Positions 1 through 7,966 of a DNA stretch of 64,000 nt are shown piece by piece. Below the pieces are notes generated by a model. That model had not been told where the DNA came from. It made no database searches and was given only the letters and a program-made list of their open reading frames with translations. The position numbers were made by a program, and so were the translations under genes. Source of the stretch: an uncultured virus (IMG/VR IMGVR_UViG_3300012012_002042) (taxonomy: Duplodnaviria > Heunggongvirae > Uroviricota > Caudoviricetes); the IMG/VR virus record IMGVR_UViG_3300012012_002042, one strand, 5' to 3'. The stretch's first letter is position 1; each line of letters starts with the position of its first letter.

Positions 1-137
1 GGGAGCGCCATCTGCGTTTTCTGAGCGAAAATTACACTTCATGCTCCGCCCCTACGAATACGTGTGGCGTGAACCGCAGATGCCCCGGCTCGAAAGGGGA
101 GAACTGAGAAGGTTGATACAAAAAATCAAAACCAAAA

Positions 138-1106
138 ATGACTGAAGTCAAAGTAGTCGCGGACAGCATTAATCCGGAAGGGCAGCGAATATTGACGATG
201 ACGTGGAAATACCCGCGCTACATCCACTCGGAAATCATGACACATCGGATGCTCGTGAAGAATGCAGCATCCAGCCGCGCAATCCCGATCAAACGCATGC
301 TCGACATGGTCATCTCGGATCCGGTCATTCCCATACGCTGGGGTAAAAACCAGGCCGGCATGCAGTCCATGGAATGGCTCGAGGATCGCGCATCCGACAC
401 GGCCACGCTGGCCTGGCTGGAAGCTCGGACTCAAATGGTCCGCATGTGCAACGAATTCGACAAGCTGCAGATTCACAAGCAGTGGGCCAACCGAGTGCTC
501 GAACCGTGGATGCATATCACCGTGCTCGTCACGGGAACAGAGTGGGGGAATTTCTTCAATCTGCGAGCTCATCCCGATGCCCATCCGGATTTCCAGGCGT
601 TGGCTTATCGTGTGTTGGAAATGCACGAGGAGAGCAAACCCAAGGAATTGAATTGGGGTCAGTGGCATTTGCCATTTGGGGATCAGATGCCGGAGGGAAT
701 TGACAATGTCACGGCACAACTCCGCGTCGCCACTGCACGCGCGGCCCGTCTGAGTTATTTGACATTCGACGGCGTCATCGATCCCACGAAGGATTTCGAT
801 CTCCACGATTCGTTGCTGCGAAATGGACACTTCTCTCCCACCGAACATTCGGCGCGGGCGGAAAAGGACAAGCCGGATTACTGGGCAGAGTTGCAGGAAC
901 TTCTGCGGCGTGCAAAGGGATACACATCCACGGATAGCGAAATCCTCTCCAGCTGGCTTGCAGAAGATCTCTGGCGCGACCAGGGGTGTTTCCGCGGGTG
1001 GACTCCGTATCGGAAGCTGATCCCCGGGGAGAATCAGCGGGAGTTCGACGTCTCAGAATTGCTGGCACGGAAGCCGGAGTGGCTCCGTAATGCCGAAGTG
1101 AAATGA
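138..1106 (+). CDS. thyX: FAD-dependent thymidylate synthase (ThyX/Thy1 family)
   Basis: RYIHSEIMTHRMLVKNAASSR matches the ThyX (R/T)HRx7S signature; also HKQWANRVLEPW, NFFNLR and ARAARLSY, typical of phage ThyX. Confidence 0.9.
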   Translation: MTEVKVVADSINPEGQRILTMTWKYPRYIHSEIMTHRMLVKNAASSRAIPIKRMLDMVISDPVIPIRWGKNQAGMQSMEWLEDRASDTATLAWLEARTQMVRMCNEFDKLQIHKQWANRVLEPWMHITVLVTGTEWGNFFNLRAHPDAHPDFQALAYRVLEMHEESKPKELNWGQWHLPFGDQMPEGIDNVTAQLRVATARAARLSYLTFDGVIDPTKDFDLHDSLLRNGHFSPTEHSARAEKDKPDYWAELQELLRRAKGYTSTDSEILSSWLAEDLWRDQGCFRGWTPYRKLIPGENQREFDVSELLARKPEWLRNAEVK

Positions 1107-1120
1107 ACGCGTATCCCGCG

Positions 1121-1129
1121 TGATATAAT
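1121..1129 (+). promoter_or_regulatory. extended -10 promoter (TGnTATAAT), probably driving a leaderless mRNA
   Basis: TGATATAAT at 1121-1129, ATG 6 nt downstream at 1136. Confidence 0.6.
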
Positions 1130-1135
1130 TTCGAC

Positions 1136-1294
1136 ATGAACTACGACTACGTCTTCGACAAGTGCGTTGATCTGTTGAACTACGGCGCCCGCAAATTCGG
1201 GACGACGTACAAAACCATCAACGTCGTCGTCTTCTGCGTCATCTGGCCCGCCATCACGGTGGGTCTCGTGGCTGCAGTGATTTGCCTCTGGTAG
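1136..1294 (+). CDS. small membrane protein (52 aa, absent from the ORF track)
   Basis: Manual translation MNYDYVFDKCVDLLNYGARKFGTTYKTINVVVFCVIWPAITVGLVAAVICLW; C-terminal TM helix; flanked by a promoter and a terminator. Confidence 0.75.
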   Translation: MNYDYVFDKCVDLLNYGARKFGTTYKTINVVVFCVIWPAITVGLVAAVICLW

Positions 1295-1319
1295 TTACCA
1301 GGGGCAGTAAAAAGCATTC

Positions 1320-1356
1320 GGCCGGCATGGGGTAATTCCCGTGCCGGCTGTTTTTT
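1320..1356 (+). terminator. intrinsic terminator
   Basis: GCCGGCATGGGG-TAAT-TCCCGTGCCGGC stem-loop followed by TGTTTTTT. Confidence 0.8.
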
Positions 1357-1365
1357 AATTATCAA

Positions 1366-1638
1366 ATGAAATTCATTCATACGCTGAAAAATGGAACGGT
1401 GTGCACAGTGATTGTACAGTTCACACGGGATGATAAAGAGAAGCCAGCGGCCGTGCTAATAGCGGTTGAAAATGTCCAGCCGATTGCATTTATGGAATTC
1501 ATGCCGGAAGTCACACAGTGGTTGTCGGTTATCCTGCCGCAGATGATTCCGACAACTCGGGCTCACGATCACATGATGATGTTTCACATATCATCCGAAT
1601 TGACGGCACATCTGGGAGACAACCTGCAGATGAAATAA
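1366..1638 (+). CDS. hypothetical protein
   Basis: 90-aa ORF filling the gap after the terminator, AT-rich start context. Confidence 0.6.
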   Translation: MKFIHTLKNGTVCTVIVQFTRDDKEKPAAVLIAVENVQPIAFMEFMPEVTQWLSVILPQMIPTTRAHDHMMMFHISSELTAHLGDNLQMK

Positions 1639-1656
1639 CCACCCTTTAAGGGGTAT

Positions 1657-2205
1657 ATGAATTCGATGAAGAGTCATCTCCATCATACCCAGTCCGAGCC
1701 GAAAGGCAGCATTGGGACCGAGTCCGCCACCCAGGCGGGAGAAGCGCAAACGCGCACTGGGAAATACGCCATCACTCTGGTCGGATGGCGGATGGCCCTG
1801 GTGCTCACGCTGGCGGTGACCACCAGCGTTGCGGCGTACCTCTTCGGTACACCCACCGTCAACGGGGCCTTGGTGGCCGTTGGCGTGGAGATCCTGGCAC
1901 TGGTGTGCCTGGGGGCCTACGCCTTGTGGCTCCGGGAGGCAGGGTGCCGACTGGTGCTCCGGCACCTGGAGGTCCTGCGGACCCGGAAGGATATGTCCCT
2001 GCGGCCCGTGGGCCGCGCCGGCGGCTTCACCGTGATAGAGCTGATCATGGTGATCACCCTCATCGTGGGGGCATACTGGGTAGGATCAATTGTATTGCAG
2101 GCCCTGGGGTGGGCCATACCGGCCTTCTCAAAGCTGCTGGTCGGCGGCCTCGTAGTGCTCGCGCTGCTGGCCTGCATCGGCGGCGAGAAGAAGGGGGGCA
2201 AATGA
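1657..2205 (+). CDS. membrane protein with an internal type IV prepilin-like motif
   Basis: About four hydrophobic segments; RAGG/FTVIELIMVITLI motif; true start may be ATG 1666. Confidence 0.65.
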   Translation: MNSMKSHLHHTQSEPKGSIGTESATQAGEAQTRTGKYAITLVGWRMALVLTLAVTTSVAAYLFGTPTVNGALVAVGVEILALVCLGAYALWLREAGCRLVLRHLEVLRTRKDMSLRPVGRAGGFTVIELIMVITLIVGAYWVGSIVLQALGWAIPAFSKLLVGGLVVLALLACIGGEKKGGK

Positions 2206-2468
2206 CCTCCGTCAATGGCCGGGGCATGAGTCCCGGCAAGCGCAACAAAGGTTCCTTCCGCGCGTTCGGGATGCGCGCGGGCCAGGGCATCCTGGAGCGG
2301 CAGGCAGCGATGCGCGCGTCAGGCGACGTGGTGTCGGAAGCCGTCACGCCCGCTACGCCGGCACCGGCGCAGCGCCACCTCCAGCCGCTGTCCGAGCGGC
2401 TGGGCCAGACAGGCAGCGTCACCGTATGGTGGACGCGGGGGGCGGTGCAGATCGCCCACAACGACTGA
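2202..2468 (+). CDS. hypothetical protein
   Basis: ATG 2202 overlaps the upstream stop (ATGA); 3' part of track ORF 1785..2468. Confidence 0.5.
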   Translation: MTSVNGRGMSPGKRNKGSFRAFGMRAGQGILERQAAMRASGDVVSEAVTPATPAPAQRHLQPLSERLGQTGSVTVWWTRGAVQIAHND

Positions 2469-2643
2469 GAATTTGTCCAGCTGGGTTCGACCCCCGGCTG
2501 GACAATCTCAGCGGTTCGGATACGATAATTAAATTGGGAGTGCATGGCATAGAACCGGGAGGATGACTCCGGCACGTCGAGGGGTGTTCGCGAGGGACAG
2601 CCCCGCTGAACGTCATTGAACACATGCACTCCCAATTTTTATC
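2465..2643 (+). ncRNA. candidate structured intergenic RNA
   Basis: Long hairpin 2465-2511 capped by TTCGACC; perfect 16-bp inverted repeat (2531-2546 / 2623-2638) enclosing internal hairpins, one with a GCGA tetraloop. Confidence 0.5.
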
Positions 2644-2670
2644 TGGGGGTGAAATACAGGGCGGCGCGGC

Positions 2671-2684
2671 GGTATATGGATTTG
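2671..2684 (+). promoter_or_regulatory. repeated promoter-like motif GGTATATGRATTYG
   Basis: Identical GGTATATGGATTTG at 2671 and 5576, variant at 1652; each directly precedes a start codon. Confidence 0.6.
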
Positions 2685-2685
2685 C

Positions 2686-3093
2686 ATGAGCACACCAAGC
2701 TTGGTGCATACTCAGAGGCGCGTCGTGCCTCTGATCATGGGTGGTCCATCCACCTCGGCCGGCGCCGTGAAAGCCGATCCGAAACTGGAGAAATATTATC
2801 CAGTGGGGATTGCGGAGAGTCCCGTCGTTGTGCGTGAGGATTTGCGCACACATCTGCAAAAGGCCAAGTCCGGTAACCGCAAGCACGAGCTGAAGCTGAT
2901 CAACCGCATGGGCCAGTTTCGTCGGTCCTCTGCAGAATACCGCGTGCCCGACAGCCTGTTGGAAGTGTGGCAGGAGGCCATCCAGTTCCTTCGCGCCAAC
3001 GGGAGGTGTGTGGATTTCTACTCCTGCGATCCGCGCTACTGGGTTGGTGCGCGTGAAGGTGGTCCGCGGTGGTGGCTTCCGAATTCCCGATAA
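2686..3093 (+). CDS. hypothetical protein, probable paralogue of 5589..6161
   Basis: Shares MGGPSxS and VG(I/V)AE segments with the 5589 ORF. Confidence 0.55.
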   Translation: MSTPSLVHTQRRVVPLIMGGPSTSAGAVKADPKLEKYYPVGIAESPVVVREDLRTHLQKAKSGNRKHELKLINRMGQFRRSSAEYRVPDSLLEVWQEAIQFLRANGRCVDFYSCDPRYWVGAREGGPRWWLPNSR

Positions 3094-3094
3094 T

Positions 3095-3370
3095 ATGGCA
3101 ACAATGGCAACAACAGAAACCGAGCTGGCCGGCATGCCAGCAAAGGCGGACACCCGCCGGTTCCTCGTCAGCGCCACCTTCTATGGGTGGAGCTTTATGG
3201 ACGAGTTCTCATTCTGCGGCCAGTGCAACGCGAAAGCGTTGAAGGTACTGGTCGCGAAAGGGCCTGAAGAGGAAGTCGCGGCCTTCCTGACCAGCGGGAA
3301 GGACGAGTTCCGCTGGCGCGGCGAATCCCGCGGCGGCACGTCATCCCTGCGGATCGACGTGGTGAAGTGA
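3095..3370 (+). CDS. hypothetical protein
   Basis: ATG 3095 or 3104 right after the upstream stop; followed by a terminator. Confidence 0.55.
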   Translation: MATMATTETELAGMPAKADTRRFLVSATFYGWSFMDEFSFCGQCNAKALKVLVAKGPEEEVAAFLTSGKDEFRWRGESRGGTSSLRIDVVK

Positions 3371-3372
3371 TC

Positions 3373-3411
3373 AGGAAATCGCATGCCCGTGCGGGTGTGC
3401 GATTTCTTTAT
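3373..3411 (+). terminator. intrinsic terminator
   Basis: AGGAAATCGCATGCCC-GTGC-GGGTGTGCGATTTCTT stem followed by a T-rich tail. Confidence 0.65.
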
Positions 3412-3439
3412 GTGGGGGATAAACTCAAAACAAAATTAA

Positions 3440-4222
3440 TTGAAAAAAAGAACGACAGCAGATCCTGCGGAGATGAATTGGAATAATAGACAGACGAAAA
3501 GAAAGAATGACGCACTGCTCGAAGCTTACATGAGTCCGTTGTGGAATTCCGACAGAGAGCAAATTGACGTGTTGTCGCTACCGGCCGCGGAATGGCTGTG
3601 GGAGCGCGAGATCGCCCTCAAGCATCCAGACCAGACTTTCGTTTTCAGCGGTGTCGAAGCCAACCGAAAGGTGCATCGGCACCAGGTCCTCTGGGCGGAG
3701 CACCTTAATGTCGGACATTTCAATTATGACAACGCCACATTCGTTGCCATGCCAGAACCTACGAAGTGGTTCAACGCTCTCAGCGTGGCTGCCGTGGATC
3801 CGGAATTGCAATTCGACATCATTTACGCGGACTACATGGGAGCCTGGGCCGGTCCGAAACTGCACGACTTGGCCATGATGTTCAGTGAGAAACTGCTCAA
3901 GCCGGGAGGATATTTCCTGATGACGCTTTCGATGACCCGTGATGGGTATAATAATTTCGCGCGGAAAATGGCCATCCAATATGGGAAGCTGTTTCACGAC
4001 ATTCCCGTAATCGATGATCGGGCCGACTGGCGGGAGAGTGGCACACCGCAGAGCTCGGTGGTCCAGCGCGCACGCGGAATTGCGGCCTACGTGCAAGACT
4101 TGGGCAGAAAATACGGGCAGGCCGTCCAGATTCTTCCGCCGCACGTTTATTACAACGCGACGGAGAGTGGCAGGAGCTACCCGGAAATCGGATTTTGTTT
4201 CAGAAAATTAACCACAACATGA
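3440..4222 (+). CDS. putative class I SAM-dependent methyltransferase-fold protein
   Basis: FDIIYADYMG and LLKPGGYFLMT motifs; VFSGVE strand resembling motif II. Confidence 0.55.
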   Translation: MKKRTTADPAEMNWNNRQTKRKNDALLEAYMSPLWNSDREQIDVLSLPAAEWLWEREIALKHPDQTFVFSGVEANRKVHRHQVLWAEHLNVGHFNYDNATFVAMPEPTKWFNALSVAAVDPELQFDIIYADYMGAWAGPKLHDLAMMFSEKLLKPGGYFLMTLSMTRDGYNNFARKMAIQYGKLFHDIPVIDDRADWRESGTPQSSVVQRARGIAAYVQDLGRKYGQAVQILPPHVYYNATESGRSYPEIGFCFRKLTTT

Positions 4223-4223
4223 C

Positions 4224-4445
4224 ATGCCATATTTAATCGCAACACATTCAGGCGGAGCCGCGAGGGAGGCGGCGGAAGAGAAGCCGCCGTTTGGTCCCGG
4301 CTTCAGCGCGGAGATCGTGCAGCACTTGGAAAAGCTCGAAGTCTGGGGCTCATCCCTCAACGATCCCGGCGAAGACTGGACAGAGTTCCAGGCCATCAAC
4401 GGCGCCGGCAAGATGATCGCCTGCAAACGGGAAGCCGGATACTGA
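4224..4445 (+). CDS. hypothetical protein
   Basis: 73-aa ORF tightly packed between its neighbours. Confidence 0.6.
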   Translation: MPYLIATHSGGAAREAAEEKPPFGPGFSAEIVQHLEKLEVWGSSLNDPGEDWTEFQAINGAGKMIACKREAGY

Positions 4446-5557
4446 TGGCCAAAATATTCCCGGTCAAAATATCCGGAAATGAATTGCAGGCGACGGTGAC
4501 CGGCTTCAATAAACTTTTCACGCGTTTCGCCCTCCCCGTATTGAACTGCGTGCGGGTGAAACGCTCGAAGGATGGATGGGTTTCATTGACGCTCACTGAC
4601 CTGACCTCGTGGGCTACACGGTGGTTGCAGAGACCGCAGACGCAGTCTGTAGCCGAGCTGGAGTTTCTGGTTCCGTTCCAGAAATTGAAGGACATGTTGA
4701 AAGAGCACGGCTCCGCTGTGGAATATGCGTTGCAGCCTGGACGAATTGACTGTGGATATTCTGTCATGGCGCGTTGTGAGTTCGATCCGATCTCGGCCGA
4801 CGATTTCCCTGTGACGCCAGTCACGGCAGGGACACATGTGTCCCTTACTGCGGAGATGAAGCGTGCATTTATCGAGGCGACTGCATTCTGTTCTGAGGCA
4901 CTGAACGAGCATCCGATCATGGGAGTGCATTTCGATGTGCCGCGATCCGCTGTCGTCGCCACGAACAAGGCCACCTTGTATTTCCAGAAGTTCGATGCGA
5001 TGCCGCTGCAAAAGAGCTTCACTTTTCCCAATGGAAAATTCCTGACCTGGAAAGGATTTGCCGATGATGGCAATTGGCACATGATAGGCGGGCTCGACGG
5101 GACAGAACCCGCAGTGATGGTGTGCAGCAATTATTGGAGACTGACCTCAAAAACAATCCCGCACGCATTCCCGAGCTGGATGCAAGTTGTCCCGTGCAAT
5201 TTCCACTCCACCGTGGAGTTCTCTGTGACGCACACGAAACAGAATATCGAAGCAGTGAAAGCCTGTCCCACTTGGTCTTTGGCCGAGCCCGTCGGCGTCC
5301 GGCACCAATCCGGCGTCGTGAAGTTTTTCGGATTCAAGAATTTCGGGGAAAAGAATCAGAAGGAAATCAGGACGACCGCCTCGACGAATGCGGTGCAGGG
5401 TCGCGATTTCATGGTGGCGTTCATGCGGCGATATATCCTCCAGGCTCTCTCGCTCGGACTCCACCGAATGCGGTGGGCCGACCAAGCAGAGCTGCCTGTA
5501 TTGTTCACAGATGGCTACCGGACACTCCTGGTGATGCCATTCAAGAGTCCCGCGTGA
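4445..5557 (+). CDS. dnaN: DNA polymerase III beta sliding clamp-like protein (divergent)
   Basis: 370 aa; LPVLNCV, LTLTDL, DDFP, GVHFD..VVATN, AFMRRYILQAL and C-terminal LLVMP occur in beta-clamp order. Confidence 0.7.
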   Translation: MAKIFPVKISGNELQATVTGFNKLFTRFALPVLNCVRVKRSKDGWVSLTLTDLTSWATRWLQRPQTQSVAELEFLVPFQKLKDMLKEHGSAVEYALQPGRIDCGYSVMARCEFDPISADDFPVTPVTAGTHVSLTAEMKRAFIEATAFCSEALNEHPIMGVHFDVPRSAVVATNKATLYFQKFDAMPLQKSFTFPNGKFLTWKGFADDGNWHMIGGLDGTEPAVMVCSNYWRLTSKTIPHAFPSWMQVVPCNFHSTVEFSVTHTKQNIEAVKACPTWSLAEPVGVRHQSGVVKFFGFKNFGEKNQKEIRTTASTNAVQGRDFMVAFMRRYILQALSLGLHRMRWADQAELPVLFTDGYRTLLVMPFKSPA

Positions 5558-5588
5558 TATGAGGCCCGCGCGCGCGGTATATGGATTT

Positions 5589-6161
5589 GTGCTGGAGATC
5601 TTCTCCTCCATCCCGCAGCGCGCGTTGTGCGCTGCGGATATGGGCGGTCCATCCGCCTCGGGAGCTCCCGTGACAGAGCCGCTGCCCTACGGGTGCTTCG
5701 GCACTCGCGCCGAAGCGGAGACGCAGAAGGCGCAAGCCCTGGCGCGCGGTGCTATCAGCGCGCAGGTTCACCACCTAGACGCAATCCCCGAACAGCGCCG
5801 CGATTTCCCCGCGGTGGGGGTCGCTGAGGCCGCCATTCTCAGCGACGGCACCTCCGAGGAGAGGGCGGCCCTGGCGTGGGCTCAGGCGTCTTACTGGGCG
5901 CGCGGCGGGCGCGTCCTGGAGTCTGTCGTCGAGTGTCTCACCTCCGACCTGGAGGAGGGAACCTCCAATGGCGCCGGTAGCGAGGCGCACGGCTTCATTG
6001 CCGCACTGGAGCGGCGGCTGGAGGCGGCTCCGCGTGAGTCGCGGGTAGTCATCCCAGCACGCACTGAGTGCTGGGCAGTGGTGACGGAGTTCCCGGAGGT
6101 GGACGGCCCCGATACTTCGGGTTTTGCCCACGGGCAGGACTTCGAGGGAGGCAGCTGGTAG
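5589..6161 (+). CDS. hypothetical protein on a highly structured transcript
   Basis: In-frame GTG at the end of the GGTATATGGATTTG motif; partial similarity to the 2686 ORF. Confidence 0.5.
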   Translation: MLEIFSSIPQRALCAADMGGPSASGAPVTEPLPYGCFGTRAEAETQKAQALARGAISAQVHHLDAIPEQRRDFPAVGVAEAAILSDGTSEERAALAWAQASYWARGGRVLESVVECLTSDLEEGTSNGAGSEAHGFIAALERRLEAAPRESRVVIPARTECWAVVTEFPEVDGPDTSGFAHGQDFEGGSW

Positions 6162-6287
6162 TAATGGCCCCGTGAGCCAATAAAGAAACGGCAGAATTTA
6201 CAACGATGCAGTCATAAAAAGAGCTGCGGTCGAATCGTTGAGTTTCCACTGTGAAAAGGAAACTGTGTAGATGAGGAATTTTCAGAA

Positions 6288-6602
6288 ATGAAATTCATCA
6301 ATCTCACACCACACGCCATTCACCTGAATGACGGCCGTGTGTTCGAACCCTCTGGCCAGGTGGCCAGGGTCGGCTCGACCTACACGCCGTTCGACGGTGA
6401 CGGTGTCTGTCAGGCTGTGTTCGGAGAAGTCCAGAACCTGCCCGACAAGGTGGAAGGAACGATGCTCATCGTCTCCGGAATGGTCAGCCAAGTGGTTGAC
6501 GGTTACCGGAGCGACGTAGTGTCGCCTGCCACCGGGCACCCGGACACGAAGCGTGACGAGAAGGGCCAGATCAAGTCTGTGCCCGGATTCGTCCGCGCGT
6601 GA
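6288..6602 (+). CDS. conserved phage hypothetical protein (NLTPH family)
   Basis: MKFINLTPHAI...PSGQVARV...LP...LIVS...RSDVVSP pattern common in phages. Confidence 0.75.
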   Translation: MKFINLTPHAIHLNDGRVFEPSGQVARVGSTYTPFDGDGVCQAVFGEVQNLPDKVEGTMLIVSGMVSQVVDGYRSDVVSPATGHPDTKRDEKGQIKSVPGFVRA

Positions 6603-6819
6603 CCGAGGCGTGTGCTGCTGCATTTGGCAAGCGGGGCTCTGGCGAGCCTGTCAACAGAATCGCCCGGCACCATACAGACGCCTCTTCGTGGCGGTGCTAG
6701 AAACCGACAATTACGTCAGGCCAAGTCTCAGGTGATGGTCAAAAGAAGTGCCTCACCGCCCTCCCCGGAATCCCGAACCGGTGGTTGTAAAGTCGTGAAA
6801 GGTGGCGAGGGGATGGTTA

Positions 6820-7083
6820 ATGATAAAACCACCAGTGGGTAAGGCGGAAATCCAAGAAATCGCCGGACGGCGGTTCTTGGTGGCGGAGTTGCCCGCCGAA
6901 ACGGCAACCTGCGATGATCACATCGCAGAGCTCGTCGCCGGCCGCCCGGTCGTAGTGCCCTTTAGCAAAAGAGGGCACATGATCGGGAGGTTGAAGGCCC
7001 AGGGGGTCTTTACCACCTCAAAGCAGGTGGTCGCAGGGCAGTGGATCGCATTCTTCCCGTGTGCGCCGCGGGAGTGGAAGTAG
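6820..7083 (+). CDS. hypothetical protein
   Basis: ATG 6820; ends before a terminator. Confidence 0.55.
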   Translation: MIKPPVGKAEIQEIAGRRFLVAELPAETATCDDHIAELVAGRPVVVPFSKRGHMIGRLKAQGVFTTSKQVVAGQWIAFFPCAPREWK

Positions 7084-7092
7084 CGGTCCGTC

Positions 7093-7140
7093 AGCGGGAA
7101 TTGTCCGGGGGTAATTCCCCGGCGGTTCCCGCTTTCTTTT
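7093..7140 (+). terminator. intrinsic terminator closing the early region
   Basis: AGCGGGAATTGTCCGGGGG-TAAT-TCCCCGGCGGTTCCCGCT followed by TTCTTTT. Confidence 0.8.
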
Positions 7141-7178
7141 ATCTCCGGCATCTCTACAATACCGCGACGACCAGAGCC

Positions 7179-7958
7179 ATGCCCAATTTCCCGTCACGTT
7201 TGGAATTCATCAAAATCGCCATGGGGCTGAAGGCTCCGCTTTCCGCCATCCGTAAATTGTATCGCGGACTCCAGGGCATGGGATTTAATAAAGGGCTGCG
7301 CGGCTCTCCGTTCTCCCGCATCATGCCCGAAGCCGTGGCAGCACGCACCCAGACGATGCAGGCAGGAAAGATGTTGCCGGTCGGCGTCTCGAATCATTTC
7401 AGGGGTGCGATTCAAGTGAGCAAGGGGTCTCCCCGCGCCAATATTCCCGGAGTCGACACGGGACGATTCGCCAAACCCGCAGTGCCTGGCGGGACAAATC
7501 CCAGCCCCCTATCCACAGCCATGCACGAGGCGGGACATGGTGTTCACGATAAACAGGTGGGGAATTGGCATTGGAATGCGAGTCGACCCATCGGGGATAC
7601 GCATCCAGTTCGGCACATGGCGGAGATCGCCAGCGAATTCAACGCCAACAATACGGCAGTGCAGATGATGCGGCAGGCCGGTATTCCGCAGCATTTGGTG
7701 GACGGGTTTGTGGCGGCGCGTGCTCCGTCATTCGCCACTTATCTCAGCAGTGCGTCGCAGAAGTTGAATCCGATGATGCAATCGGCGCTCGCGTCCCCGT
7801 CAGGTGATCCCTTGCGGAGGTTTGCGAAACCGTATTCGGATGTGATGCGGAAAATAATCGGCGATCCGGTCATGCAAAAAGGGGTGACACCTTCGTTCAG
7901 TTTGCGTAAGGATCTGGAACCCATGCTCGACGCATTGCCGTTGAGTCTGCCAAAATAA
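7179..7958 (+). CDS. zincin-like metallopeptidase, putative virion cargo
   Basis: HEAGH (HExxH) plus downstream SEFNAN; N-terminal leader ends in FIKIA. Confidence 0.65.
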   Translation: MPNFPSRLEFIKIAMGLKAPLSAIRKLYRGLQGMGFNKGLRGSPFSRIMPEAVAARTQTMQAGKMLPVGVSNHFRGAIQVSKGSPRANIPGVDTGRFAKPAVPGGTNPSPLSTAMHEAGHGVHDKQVGNWHWNASRPIGDTHPVRHMAEIASEFNANNTAVQMMRQAGIPQHLVDGFVAARAPSFATYLSSASQKLNPMMQSALASPSGDPLRRFAKPYSDVMRKIIGDPVMQKGVTPSFSLRKDLEPMLDALPLSLPK

Positions 7959-7966
7959 ATATCGCC

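Noticed and set aside
2..145. 3' end of an upstream gene overlapping the thyX start
   Set aside because: Frame 2 is open to TGA at 143-145 but the fragment is too short to assign
2465..2511. tRNA gene (GGTTCGA T-loop)
   Set aside because: No D arm or anticodon arm; only a single hairpin, kept as an ncRNA candidate
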